Below, in pieces: positions 40,458 through 49,993 of a DNA stretch of 64,000 nucleotides. This DNA is from an uncultured Gemmatimonadaceae bacterium (GTDB lineage Bacteria; Gemmatimonadota; Gemmatimonadetes; Gemmatimonadales; Gemmatimonadaceae), in NCBI GenBank assembly GCA_963843845.1, contig CAWJMB010000002.1:608001-672000 (forward strand). Reading direction: 5' to 3'. Below the pieces are notes generated by a model. It ran no database searches, was not told the origin of the DNA, and saw only the letters and a program-made list of their open reading frames with translations. A program made the translations under genes and the position numbers. Every line of letters begins with the position of its first letter. The first letter of the stretch is position 1.

Positions 40458-40788
40458 TCAGGTCGCGAGCAGGATCGGCGACACCGCGTCGACGAAGCGG
40501 CGGAAGCCGTCGACCTCGGCGCGGAGCTGACGGCGGCCGGCGGGCGTGAGCCGGTAGAAGCGCGCCCGCCGCTCGAGCTCCGTCATCCCCCACTCGGCGA
40601 CGATCCACCCCTCGCGCTCGAGACGATAGAGCGCGGGGTAGAGCGAACCCTCCTCGACCTGGATGGCGTCGTCGCTCGTCTCGCGGAGCCAGCGGCTGAT
40701 GGCGTAGCCGTGCCGCGGCCCCCAGGTCGAGGGTCTTGAGCACGAGGGCGTCGAGCGTGCCGTGCAGGCGGTCACGTTTGGTCGGCAT
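40458..40788 (-). CDS. PadR-family transcriptional regulator (frameshift near 40725)
   Basis: [11 protein letters not shown] + [30 protein letters not shown]. Confidence 0.88.
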
Positions 40789-40795
40789 GGAGAGA

Positions 40796-40840
40796 CCTAG
40801 CTGTCGGGGTATCGGAGATACGGATACTCAGACAGCTAGG
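40796..40840. promoter_or_regulatory. 18-bp-arm inverted repeat immediately upstream of padR (probable operator)
   Basis: cctagctgtcggggtatc / gatactcagacagctagg (16 of 18). Confidence 0.55.
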
Positions 40841-40885
40841 TTTCACGGGCCGGTCGCCGGCCGGGGCCGGCTCACCTGGTCGGGC

Positions 40886-43404
40886 TCAGAACCGGTACTG
40901 GAAGTACTGGTAGGAGCTCATGTGGATCTGGTTGAAGTGCTTCGAGCCGTTGTACCACGAGCCGTTCACGCCGCCGGTCAGCACCTGGTCACCCTGGGTG
41001 ATGTACTTCGGGTCGCCGGTCGTTCGGTAGGTGAAGCCGAAGCCGCTCAGCACGAGCATGTTCGCCTCGGGCGCGGGGCCGGGACCGCTGCCGGTGTTCG
41101 GACCCCACGTGCACGCGCCGTCCATGTACGTCATCGCCCGGCTGGCCGGGATCCAGTTGTTCGTCCACAGGTAGTCGACGTTCCGGCGCACCATGGTCGC
41201 GACGCGCGGGTCGGCCTCGACGAACGTGTAGTAGTCGATCAGCGCCTGGTTGAGCAGACCGTCGATCCAGGGCTCGTTCTTGTAGCACGTCACCCACCAG
41301 CGGTAGGCGCCGTCCGCGGACTGCGTCCTGAGGATCTGGTTCACCGTGCTCCGCGCAGCGACCGTCCAGTCCGTGCCCCACAGGCTCGGCGCCTTCAGTT
41401 GGCGCGCGAGGATGATGCTCGTGAGCGCACGCGCCTGCACGCGCGGGTCGCCGATTCCGGTCGTGTCGCCGAGTTGGTCCTGATAGCCAGGCTCGTAGAA
41501 CATGTCGGCGACGCGCCCGACAGCGAGGAGCGACCGTTCGTCGCCGGTCAGGAGATAGTGGAGCGCGATCCCTTCCATGTCCGCGTAGTGCGCGTCCGGC
41601 CGGTAGCCGCCGCCCTCGATGTAGCGCGTGCGGAAGTCGGCGACCAGCGCGTGCGCCCGCGACAGGTACGCCGCGTTCCCGGTGCGCGCCCACCAGACGT
41701 AGAAGATCTTCGCACGATCGTAGAAGTAGGCGCTCCCCCAGTTCGACCCGTCGGCGGTCCAGTGATTCTCCGCCCAGGTACGGAACTTGGACTCGTACGT
41801 GGCCCACACCCCGCCGCGCGCCTCGATGGACGCCACCGATGGCAGCGGCCCTTCGAGTGAGGCGACCGTCGCCGGGCTGAGCGACGACGGCGTGGGCGTG
41901 ACCCCGGTCCACGCGGTGACCGTCCACTTCTGCGTCGCCGATCCGGTGCACACCTCGGCGTACAGTCCGAGCGGACGCACGGCGATGCACGTGCCAGAGC
42001 CGAGCTTGAGCTCACCGGCCGCGGTGAGCGCGATCTGCTGCCCGATGCCGCCGAGCGCGCACGTCCACGTGCCGACCGGGTAGTTCGCGGCTCCGTCACC
42101 GTAGCCGGTGAGGCACATGGTCCCTTCGTTCACCGTGACCTTTCCGGAGGACCCGTTCGTGAGCATGGTCCACCGCTGCGTCGTCGCCGCACTGTGACAG
42201 GGGACGAGCGGAATCGCGGCCGCCGTGAGCCCGCCACGAAGGCACCCGCCGTTGGCCGGGTTCGAGATGAGCACCTTCACCGGCGTCGCGGGCGCCGCGG
42301 GCGCCGCGGCGGCGCCGCCGGTGCCGCCGGTGCCGCCGGCGTCGGCGGCACCGGCGCCGCTCCGGCCGCCGTCGTGAGCCACCGCTGCGCAGCGCCACCG
42401 TCGCAGGTGCGGAGACTGAAGGTGCCGTTGCTCTCGAAGTAGGTCAGGCAGTAGCCGCCGGTCGCGATCCTGAGCTCGCCCGCCGCTGTGAGCGTGAACT
42501 GCTGCGAGGCTCCCGCGAGGGCGCAGCTCCACGTGCCGCCCGGCATGGCGAACGTGCCACCGCCGTACCCGGTGAGGCACATCGTCCCGCCGTGGATGGT
42601 GACGGCGCCGGCGGTCCCGACCGCTGGCACGACCCAGCTCTGCTCGGCTGCACCGCTCACGCACGGCCCAGTCCAGAGCGCCCCGGGGCCGGTCGCCGCG
42701 GTGAGGCACCGGCCGTTGACCGCGCTCGCCAGCCCCGTCGTACCGCTGCGCGAGCTTCCTTCACTGTCCGACGACGCCTGCGTCCATCGCTGGGACGCGC
42801 CGCCGTCGCACGAGCGCAGGCTGAACGTGCCGTTGCTCGAGAAATAGGTGAGACAGTATCCGGTGGCGCTCCGTAGCTCGCCAGCCGCTGTCAGCGTGAA
42901 CTGCTGCGACGCCCCGCCGAGCGTGCAGACCCAGGTGCCGCCGGGCATCGCGAACGCGGCGCCGGCGTAACCGGTCAGGCACATCGCACCGCCGTGGATC
43001 GTGATCGTTCCGGCAGTCCCGGTCGGCGGAGCGGTCCACGTCTGGTTCGCGGCGGCGCTGACGCACGGCGCGACCCACAAGGCCCCGGCGCCGTTCAGCC
43101 CCGAGAGGCACTGCCCGTTCACGGCGCTCATGAGCGGACCGACGTACGTCGCCGCGCCCGCGAACGCCGCCGCATCGTACGACGCGGTGCGCGGCGCGAC
43201 CGCGGTGCGTGATGGCGCCGTGACGTCGGCACCGCAGCCGGTGAGCAGGGTAGTGAGAAGGCTCGTGGCGAGAGCGGCCACGGAGAGCGTCACGGCGCGA
43301 GGATACGCGCGACGAGCGCCGGTGTGCGCACGGCGTCCGACAGAGAGGAGATGTGACACGAGCACGGCGAGGAGGGAGACGACGGCGACGAGAGCACCGG
43401 GCAT
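40886..43404 (-). CDS. Lipoprotein with three ricin-type beta-trefoil modules and an aromatic-rich helical C-terminal domain (frameshift in PA-rich linker near 42310-42360)
   Basis: Lipobox LLTGC; three repeats with CL..., QQFTLTAAGELR, QRW/QKW; C-terminal YDRAKIFY.WWARTG, HYLLTGD, YRTTGDPKY. Confidence 0.75.
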
Positions 43405-43592
43405 ACGTCTCCCCTCGTACAGCGAGAGAGACGTCACAGCCGCCGATCGGGTGGGATGATCGGCGCGAGACACACGGCAGGGCGCCGTGCGAACGACCCG
43501 TACTGCACGCACCGGTCGGCGAACGACGCCGACTCGGTACGTGCTAGCGACGAGTATCTACCGTCCTGGTCGCGGGCGGCGGGTGACCCGGG

Positions 43593-44492
43593 TCACATGT
43601 TCGTCGCGTCGACCGCCATTCCCATCGCGTGGTAGCCCTTGTCCACGTAGAGCGTCGTGCCGGTGATCCCCGCGGCGAGCTCCGATGCGAGGAACGCTGC
43701 GGTGAACGCCACGTCGTTCGGCGCCGTCGGCTCCGGGATCGGGGTGTTCTGCGCGCAGTACGCGACCATCCGGTCGATGATCCCGATCGCGCTCGCCGCG
43801 CGGCTCGCCAGCGGCCCCGCCGAGATCGTGTTCACCCGCACGCCGTACTTGCGCCCCGCCTCGAACGCGAGCGTTCTCGTGTCGCTCTCGAGCGCCGCCT
43901 TCGCCGACGACATCCCGCCGCCGTAGCCGGGAATCACGCGCTCGCTCGCCATGTACGTGAGCGACGAGAACGACCCCTTCGGGCGCATGAGCGGCGCGAG
44001 CCGTTGCACCATCGCGACGAGCGAGTACGCGCTCACGCTGACCGCGGTCAGGTAGCCGCTGCGCGACGTCTCCAGGAGCGGATGCTTGACTTCGGGCCCG
44101 TTCGCCAGCGAGTGGACGACCACGTCGAGCGGCCGATCGCCGAAGTCCGCGACGAGCCGCTCGGCGAGTCCGGCGAGCGAGAAGTCGCCGGTCTCCGCAT
44201 AGCGCTTGTTCGACCGGACCTCCTCGGGCGCGTCGGCGAGCGTGTCGTACGCGGCGTCGAGCGGGTAGATGCGCTCGAACTCGAGCAGGCGGCCGTCGCG
44301 CAGGCGGCGCGACTCGTCCATCTTGCCGCGCTCGAGCAGCGTCAGGAAAATCTTCAGCGCCGGCGGCCACGTCGCCACCGAGACACTCGCGCCGGCCTCG
44401 GCGAGCGCGCGGGCGATGGCGAAGCCGTACCCATTGTCGTCGGCGACGCCGGCGACGAGCGCGCGGCGGCCGGTGAGGTCGATGTTGAGCAT
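43593..44492 (-). CDS. fabI: Enoyl-ACP reductase (plant/chlamydial-type FabI)
   Basis: ALVAGVADDNGYGFAIA, VHSLANGPEV, LTYMASERVIPGYGGGMSSAKAALESD, NTISAGPLASRAA. Confidence 0.92.
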   Translation of the reverse strand: MLNIDLTGRRALVAGVADDNGYGFAIARALAEAGASVSVATWPPALKIFLTLLERGKMDESRRLRDGRLLEFERIYPLDAAYDTLADAPEEVRSNKRYAETGDFSLAGLAERLVADFGDRPLDVVVHSLANGPEVKHPLLETSRSGYLTAVSVSAYSLVAMVQRLAPLMRPKGSFSSLTYMASERVIPGYGGGMSSAKAALESDTRTLAFEAGRKYGVRVNTISAGPLASRAASAIGIIDRMVAYCAQNTPIPEPTAPNDVAFTAAFLASELAAGITGTTLYVDKGYHAMGMAVDATNM

Positions 44493-44669
44493 GGCGGAAC
44501 GATAACGGTCGCCGTGCGCGGCACAACGAACGCGGCGCAATCCGGGATCGCGCATGGAGCGTAGCCGTCGCGTACGTGTACTGTGACGTCTGTGTCGCGC
44601 TGGCGCTTCCACGAACGCGTCGGCGGGCTGATACTGATGCCGTACCTGCCGTGCCCCCTGCCTCCCGCC

Positions 44670-46745
44670 ATGCGTCTGCTCTCCTCCCCGCCGTCGCCCC
44701 GCTCGCTCGTGCTGCTGGCCGCCGTCGGCGCCCTGACCGCGTGTGGCGATCCTGCCGAACCGTCGGCGCCGACGCTCGCGTCGTTGATCGCGGCGACGCG
44801 CGTCGACTCGCTGCCCGAGCTCGACACGCGCCGCATCACCGTGCAGGCGACCGGCACCGACGGACTGCCCTATGCGACGACGGGGCTCGTCTGGCAGTCG
44901 AGCGACACGTCCATCGTGACCGTCGCCGCGACCGGTGACGTGACCGGCGTGCAGCCCGGCCGCGCGACCGTCACGGCATCGTTGCAGGGAAAGTCGCTGG
45001 CGCTCGCGGTGCGCGTGCTCGCCGTGCCCGTGCACGACGTCACCGTGCGCCTCGTCGGCGCGCTCGCCGCCGACACGATGCTCGTCGGCACCTCCGCGCC
45101 GCTGATCGCGGAGGCGCGCGACATCGCCGGGCGCACCTTGCGAAACCGCCAGACCAGCTTCAGCGTCGCCGAGTCGTCGACGCAGTTCGCGACGGTCGAC
45201 GGGGGACGTCTCACCGGACGCGAGGTCGGCGTCGTGCAGATCGTCGCCTACGCCGACACCGTCGAGCGTCGACTGCGCGTGGTGGTCCGGCCGGCGCTCG
45301 CGAGCGGGCTGACGCTCCGTCTCGCCGACCCGAAGAAGCTCGGCGACACGTCGTGGGTCGGTGTGGCCGACAGCGCGATCGTCGCGTGGACCGACGCCAG
45401 CGGCGCGACCCTGCCGCCGTCGCCGCTCCGCCCGGCGTCGTACTCGAGCGACGACACCGGGGTCGCCACCGTGTCGGCGACAGGGCGCGTCACGCTCGTC
45501 GGCCCGGGCACGGCGACGATCCGCGCGAATGGCGACCGCCTCACCGCGGCGCGCTCGGTGCTCGTCGTGCGCGCGCCGATCGTGACGGTGATCGCCGCGC
45601 CCGACACGGTTCGCGTCCTTCCGGGCGAGTCGGCGACGATCCGCCCGCTCCTCATCGACGGCGGCGGCATCCGTGTCTCGACGCTCGGCGCGCGCGCCAT
45701 CACGTTCGCGTCGCTCACTCCCTCGATCGCGACGGTCGACGCGAACGGCGTCGTGCAGGGCGTCGCGGTCGGGACCGGATCGGTGCGCGTCGTCAGCGAG
45801 CGCGGCACGGCCACCGTGCCGGTCCGCGTCGTCGCCCCCGCCGGATCGAATGCGTTCGTCATCGACCTTCGCTTCGTCGGCCCCACGCCCTCGCCCGAAG
45901 TCCTCGCGGCGTTCGAGCAGGCGAAGGCGCGCTGGCAGGGCATCATTCGCCAGACCACGGGCTCGGCGTCGTTCCGCTGGCCGCAAGGCACCTGCCTGCG
46001 AACGCTCCCGACAGCGCAGGACACGGTGCGCGACGTCGTCATCATGGCGCGCATCGACAGCATCGATGGCCCGTCGAACATTCTCGGGTCGGCCGGCCCG
46101 TGCGTCATCAAGCCGACGCCGTCGGGACACTCGCTCCCGATCGTCGGGCAGATGGTGTTCGACAGCGCGGACATGAAGACGATGGCGACGACGGGCCGCC
46201 TCGTGAACGTCATCACCCACGAGATGGGGCACGTGCTCGGTGTCGGCACGATGTGGGCGGCGCAGTTTCACAGCGGCGTTCGGCTCTCGGTCACGAGCCA
46301 GCTCAACCCGAGCACGAACGCGTACCTCGGCACCGGCGGCATCGCGGCGTCGGCGACGATGGGGTTCACGCAGTTCGTGTTCACCGGCGATGCGCTGTCG
46401 CTGAACACTGTGCCGCTCGAGGACACGGGGGGCTCCGGCACGGCAGGGAGCCACTGGCGCCGCTCGATCTACGGCAACGAGCTGATGAACGGGTTCGCCG
46501 GCAGTGGCGCGATGTCGCTCTCGCTGCTCACGGTCGCGGCCATGGCGGACCTCGGCTACACGGTGACCACCACGGGAGCGGAGCCGTGGGGAGCGTACAT
46601 CCTCGGCGGGCCGTCGGCGTCGAGTCTGCTGCTGTCCCGCTACCTCGGCGCGCCGGCGGAGCAACTGAACGAGCGACTGCTCGAGCCGGTCATGAGCGTG
46701 GATCGGAGCGGAACGGTCCGCATGCTGAAGGCGCCGACGCCGTGA
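44670..46745 (+). CDS. Lipoprotein with Ig-like (Big_2) repeats and leishmanolysin-like zinc metalloprotease domain
   Basis: Lipobox LTAC; WQSSDTSIVTV..TG.V repeats; IDGPSNILGSAGP, HEMGHVLG, GSHW, NELM. Confidence 0.85.
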   Translation: MRLLSSPPSPRSLVLLAAVGALTACGDPAEPSAPTLASLIAATRVDSLPELDTRRITVQATGTDGLPYATTGLVWQSSDTSIVTVAATGDVTGVQPGRATVTASLQGKSLALAVRVLAVPVHDVTVRLVGALAADTMLVGTSAPLIAEARDIAGRTLRNRQTSFSVAESSTQFATVDGGRLTGREVGVVQIVAYADTVERRLRVVVRPALASGLTLRLADPKKLGDTSWVGVADSAIVAWTDASGATLPPSPLRPASYSSDDTGVATVSATGRVTLVGPGTATIRANGDRLTAARSVLVVRAPIVTVIAAPDTVRVLPGESATIRPLLIDGGGIRVSTLGARAITFASLTPSIATVDANGVVQGVAVGTGSVRVVSERGTATVPVRVVAPAGSNAFVIDLRFVGPTPSPEVLAAFEQAKARWQGIIRQTTGSASFRWPQGTCLRTLPTAQDTVRDVVIMARIDSIDGPSNILGSAGPCVIKPTPSGHSLPIVGQMVFDSADMKTMATTGRLVNVITHEMGHVLGVGTMWAAQFHSGVRLSVTSQLNPSTNAYLGTGGIAASATMGFTQFVFTGDALSLNTVPLEDTGGSGTAGSHWRRSIYGNELMNGFAGSGAMSLSLLTVAAMADLGYTVTTTGAEPWGAYILGGPSASSLLLSRYLGAPAEQLNERLLEPVMSVDRSGTVRMLKAPTP

Positions 46746-46782
46746 GGCCTGCGGGGGCGGCGCTCGGCGGCTGGTTCAGGCG

Positions 46783-47883
46783 TCACACCATCTCCCGCAG
46801 CACCATGTCGCACACGTCGAGGCACCGCGCGAGCCCTTCGCTCGTGTGATCCCCCATGTGCCCGACGCGGAACCCGCGCGGCTTGAACGTTCCGTACCCG
46901 CCGCCCAGCGTGAAGCCGCGCGCGCCGACGGCCGTCACGAACGTGTCGCCGTTCAAGCCATCGGGCAGCAGGATCGTGCTCACGGTCGGCGACCGTTCAC
47001 CCTCGGGGCTCAGGATCGACAGGCCGTAGCGGTCGGCGCGCTCGTCGACCCACCGATACGTCTGCGCCGCGAGCGCCGAGTGCCGCGCCCACCGCGCCTC
47101 GATCGTCTCGGCCTGGATGCGCGCCATCTGCGCCTCGAGCGCATAGATGAGCGACACGGCCGGCGTGTTCGGCGTCTGGTTCTTCTCCGCGAACTCGGCG
47201 AACTCGACGAGATCGAAGTACATCCCGCGCTGCACGCCCTGCGACACGGTGCGCATGTACCGCTCGGATACCGCGCAGAACGAGAGCCCCGGCGGCAGGG
47301 CGAGCGCCTTCTGCGATCCGGTGAGCACGAAGTCGATCGCCGCGCGGTCGGTCTGAAGCCGGACCCCGCCGAGCCCCGTGACGCTGTCGACGAGGGAGAG
47401 CGCACCCGCGTCGTGGGCGAGCGCGGCGAGCGTCTCGACGTCGGTGAGCGCGCCGGTCGACGACTCGGAGTGTACCGCCGTCAGGCACACGTAGCGCTTC
47501 GCCCGCAGCCGCGGGGCGACGTCGTCCGGATGCACGGCGCGGCCTAACGGCACGTCGATCACGTCCACGTCGCGGCCGCAGGCGCGCGCGATCTGCGCGA
47601 ACCGCTCCGAGAACGCACCGTTCACCGCCGAGAGCACCGGCCCCGGCGGCGCGTTGCGGATCGCCGCTTCCATCAGCCCCGTCGACGCCGACGTGCTCAC
47701 GAAGACGTGGCGCGCGGTCTGGAACACGTCGCGCAGCCCGCACTGCGCGCGGCCGTAGATCCCCTCGAACACCTTCCCCCGGTGCGTGATCATCGGCCGC
47801 GCCATCGCGGCGAGCACGTCGGGGTGGACCTCGGTCGGACCGGGGAGGAAGAACGTTCCAGTCGAGAGCAGCGGTGTGGTCAT
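46783..47883 (-). CDS. Class V PLP aminotransferase (probable phosphoserine aminotransferase by context)
   Basis: LPGPT, HSESSTG, VDSVT, TGSQKALALPPG, FRVGHMG. Confidence 0.85.
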   Translation of the reverse strand: MTTPLLSTGTFFLPGPTEVHPDVLAAMARPMITHRGKVFEGIYGRAQCGLRDVFQTARHVFVSTSASTGLMEAAIRNAPPGPVLSAVNGAFSERFAQIARACGRDVDVIDVPLGRAVHPDDVAPRLRAKRYVCLTAVHSESSTGALTDVETLAALAHDAGALSLVDSVTGLGGVRLQTDRAAIDFVLTGSQKALALPPGLSFCAVSERYMRTVSQGVQRGMYFDLVEFAEFAEKNQTPNTPAVSLIYALEAQMARIQAETIEARWARHSALAAQTYRWVDERADRYGLSILSPEGERSPTVSTILLPDGLNGDTFVTAVGARGFTLGGGYGTFKPRGFRVGHMGDHTSEGLARCLDVCDMVLREMV

Positions 47884-48551
47884 CCGAGCACGAGCGCTGA
47901 GAGTTGGTCGAACGACGTGAGCTCGACGTCGGCCGCCGCGACGACGGGCTCGCGACGGACGACGCCGGTGAACGCCGCGAATGCGTCAGCCGGCCCCCGC
48001 ATCGCGATGTCGGTCGCGCCGTCGCCGACGGCGAGGAGCGGGCGCGGAAACGCATGCGTGCCTAACAGTTCCTCGACGACGCCGCGCTTTCCGCCCTGCG
48101 TCGCGAGCGGCGAGCCGGCGTCGTACGCGAAGTAGGCGCCGCCCATGTCGAACACGACGTCGACCGCGTGGACGTCGGCCGCCGCGACGCCCAGGTGCCG
48201 CGCGAGCGGCAGGATCGCCTGGCGCAGCCCGCCGCTCACGAGCGCGACGCGCACGCCGCGGCCGGTCAGGCGGGCCAGCGCCGCCTCCGCGCCGGGCACG
48301 ATCGTCGCCACGTACGCGTCCGCGAGCGCCGCGAGATCGTCGCGCCCCGGCCGCACGAGGGCGAGGCGCTCGCCGTACACCTGCTCGAGCGCGATCTCGC
48401 CCTGCATCGCGCGCTCGGTCAGCGCCGCGACCCGCGCGACGACGTCATGGCCTCGGCGCTCGGCGAGCCAGTCGATCCCCTCGATCGACGACAGCGTCGA
48501 GTCGACGTCGATGACGAGCGAGGCGTAGCGGCCCGCGTGGGGGGCTGGCAT
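47880..48551 (-). CDS. serB: Phosphoserine phosphatase (HAD)
   Basis: DVDSTL, LVSGG, GDGATD. Confidence 0.88.
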   Translation of the reverse strand: MPAPHAGRYASLVIDVDSTLSSIEGIDWLAERRGHDVVARVAALTERAMQGEIALEQVYGERLALVRPGRDDLAALADAYVATIVPGAEAALARLTGRGVRVALVSGGLRQAILPLARHLGVAAADVHAVDVVFDMGGAYFAYDAGSPLATQGGKRGVVEELLGTHAFPRPLLAVGDGATDIAMRGPADAFAAFTGVVRREPVVAAADVELTSFDQLSALVLG

Positions 48552-49993
48552 CAGTCGACGAACACGTTGCCGGGTGACAGGAGGCCGAGCGGATCCAGCT
48601 CGCGCTTCACCGCCCGCATCACGCCGAGCTGCGCGGCGCCGAGTTGCATCGCGAGCCAGCGGCGCTTGAGCTTCCCGATCCCGTGTTCCGCAGAGACGGT
48701 GCCGCCCATGGCGACGACGTGGCGCAGCGTCGCCTCGACGGCCGCTTCCATGCGCTCGACCTCCGCCGCGTCGCGCGCGTGCAGGTGCTGGTGCGGGTGC
48801 CCGTTCCCGGCGTGCCCGAACGTCGCCGCGATCTCGACGCCGTACTCGGCGGCGACACTGTCAGCTGCAACGAGCGCCTCGTGCAGCCGCGCGTACGGCA
48901 CCGCCCAGTCGGTCGACACCTTGCGTCCGCCATTCGCCCGATGGCGCGCCGCACGCTCGTTGAGCGTCGCCGGCACCGCGTGCCGCATCCGCCGCGCGAC
49001 GTGCAGATTCTGCTCCCCCTCGAACACCTGGATGTCGTCGGCGAGCGCGTGATGTCGCTCGGCGAGCGCGAGCCACGCGTCGAGGTCGACCTCGTCCGAG
49101 CGCGCCTGGCCTGCGTGGAGCGACGAAAACGCCTCCTGCTCCGCGTAGACGTAGGCGCGCGCGTCCGCCCCCCACGTGCCGCCGACGAAGTCGCGCGCGA
49201 TCGCGAACGCCTTCTCGTCGAGATATTCGAGGCAGCGCGGCGAGATCCCCGGGTCGCCACGGTCGCGCGCCGCGCGCGCGTCCACGACGAACGCGAGCGC
49301 GTCCCGGGCGGTGGGGAAGGGAAGCCCGAGTCCCGTCACCGCGGTCGGCAGCGGCAGCAGCGACAGCTCCGCTTCGAGCACGACGCCCAGCGTGCCTTCG
49401 CTGCCGACGAACCAGTCGACCGGGTCCTGCACGAGCGGCGGGCCGGCGGTGTTCTTCTCGAGTCGCGGACGTCGCACCTCGATCACCCGGCCGTCTGCGA
49501 GCGCGACGGTGAGCGCGCGCACGTGCGGACGCGTCGCGCCGTACTTGAGCGACCGCGCACCCGACGAGTTGCAGACGATCGCGCCGCCGATCGACGACTC
49601 GTCCTCGCTCGTCGGGTCCGGCGCGAGCAGCAGCCCGCGTTCTGCCACCAGGCGCTTCACGTCGCCGAGGAGCGCGCCGGGCTCGACGCGGACGAGTCGA
49701 GCCTTCTCGTCGACGTCGAGCACGCGGTCGAGCGCGCGCAGCGACAGCACGATGCCGCGGTCGGTGATCGAGCCACCGACGTAGCTCGTCTGCGCGCCGG
49801 CCGGCGTCACCGGCGTGCGCGCCGATGCCGCCTCGCGCAGCACCTCGACGACCTCCGCCGCGCTCGCCGGCCGCGCGACGGCGTCGGGGACGAGGACGAG
49901 CCCCGACGCGTCCGCCGCGAACGCCTCCCGCACGTCGCGGTCGGTCGTGACGACCGTCATGCGACTACCGGCTGTCGAACGCGCACCGCTCAC
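48551..49993 (-). CDS. FAD-linked 2-hydroxyacid dehydrogenase (GlcD/D2HGDH family)
   Basis: GAQTSYVGG, PDPTS..SSIGG, GSEGTLG, GHAGNGHPH, SAEHGIGKLK, DPLGLLSPG. Confidence 0.88.
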   Translation of the reverse strand: MSGARSTAGSRMTVVTTDRDVREAFAADASGLVLVPDAVARPASAAEVVEVLREAASARTPVTPAGAQTSYVGGSITDRGIVLSLRALDRVLDVDEKARLVRVEPGALLGDVKRLVAERGLLLAPDPTSEDESSIGGAIVCNSSGARSLKYGATRPHVRALTVALADGRVIEVRRPRLEKNTAGPPLVQDPVDWFVGSEGTLGVVLEAELSLLPLPTAVTGLGLPFPTARDALAFVVDARAARDRGDPGISPRCLEYLDEKAFAIARDFVGGTWGADARAYVYAEQEAFSSLHAGQARSDEVDLDAWLALAERHHALADDIQVFEGEQNLHVARRMRHAVPATLNERAARHRANGGRKVSTDWAVPYARLHEALVAADSVAAEYGVEIAATFGHAGNGHPHQHLHARDAAEVERMEAAVEATLRHVVAMGGTVSAEHGIGKLKRRWLAMQLGAAQLGVMRAVKRELDPLGLLSPGNVFVD

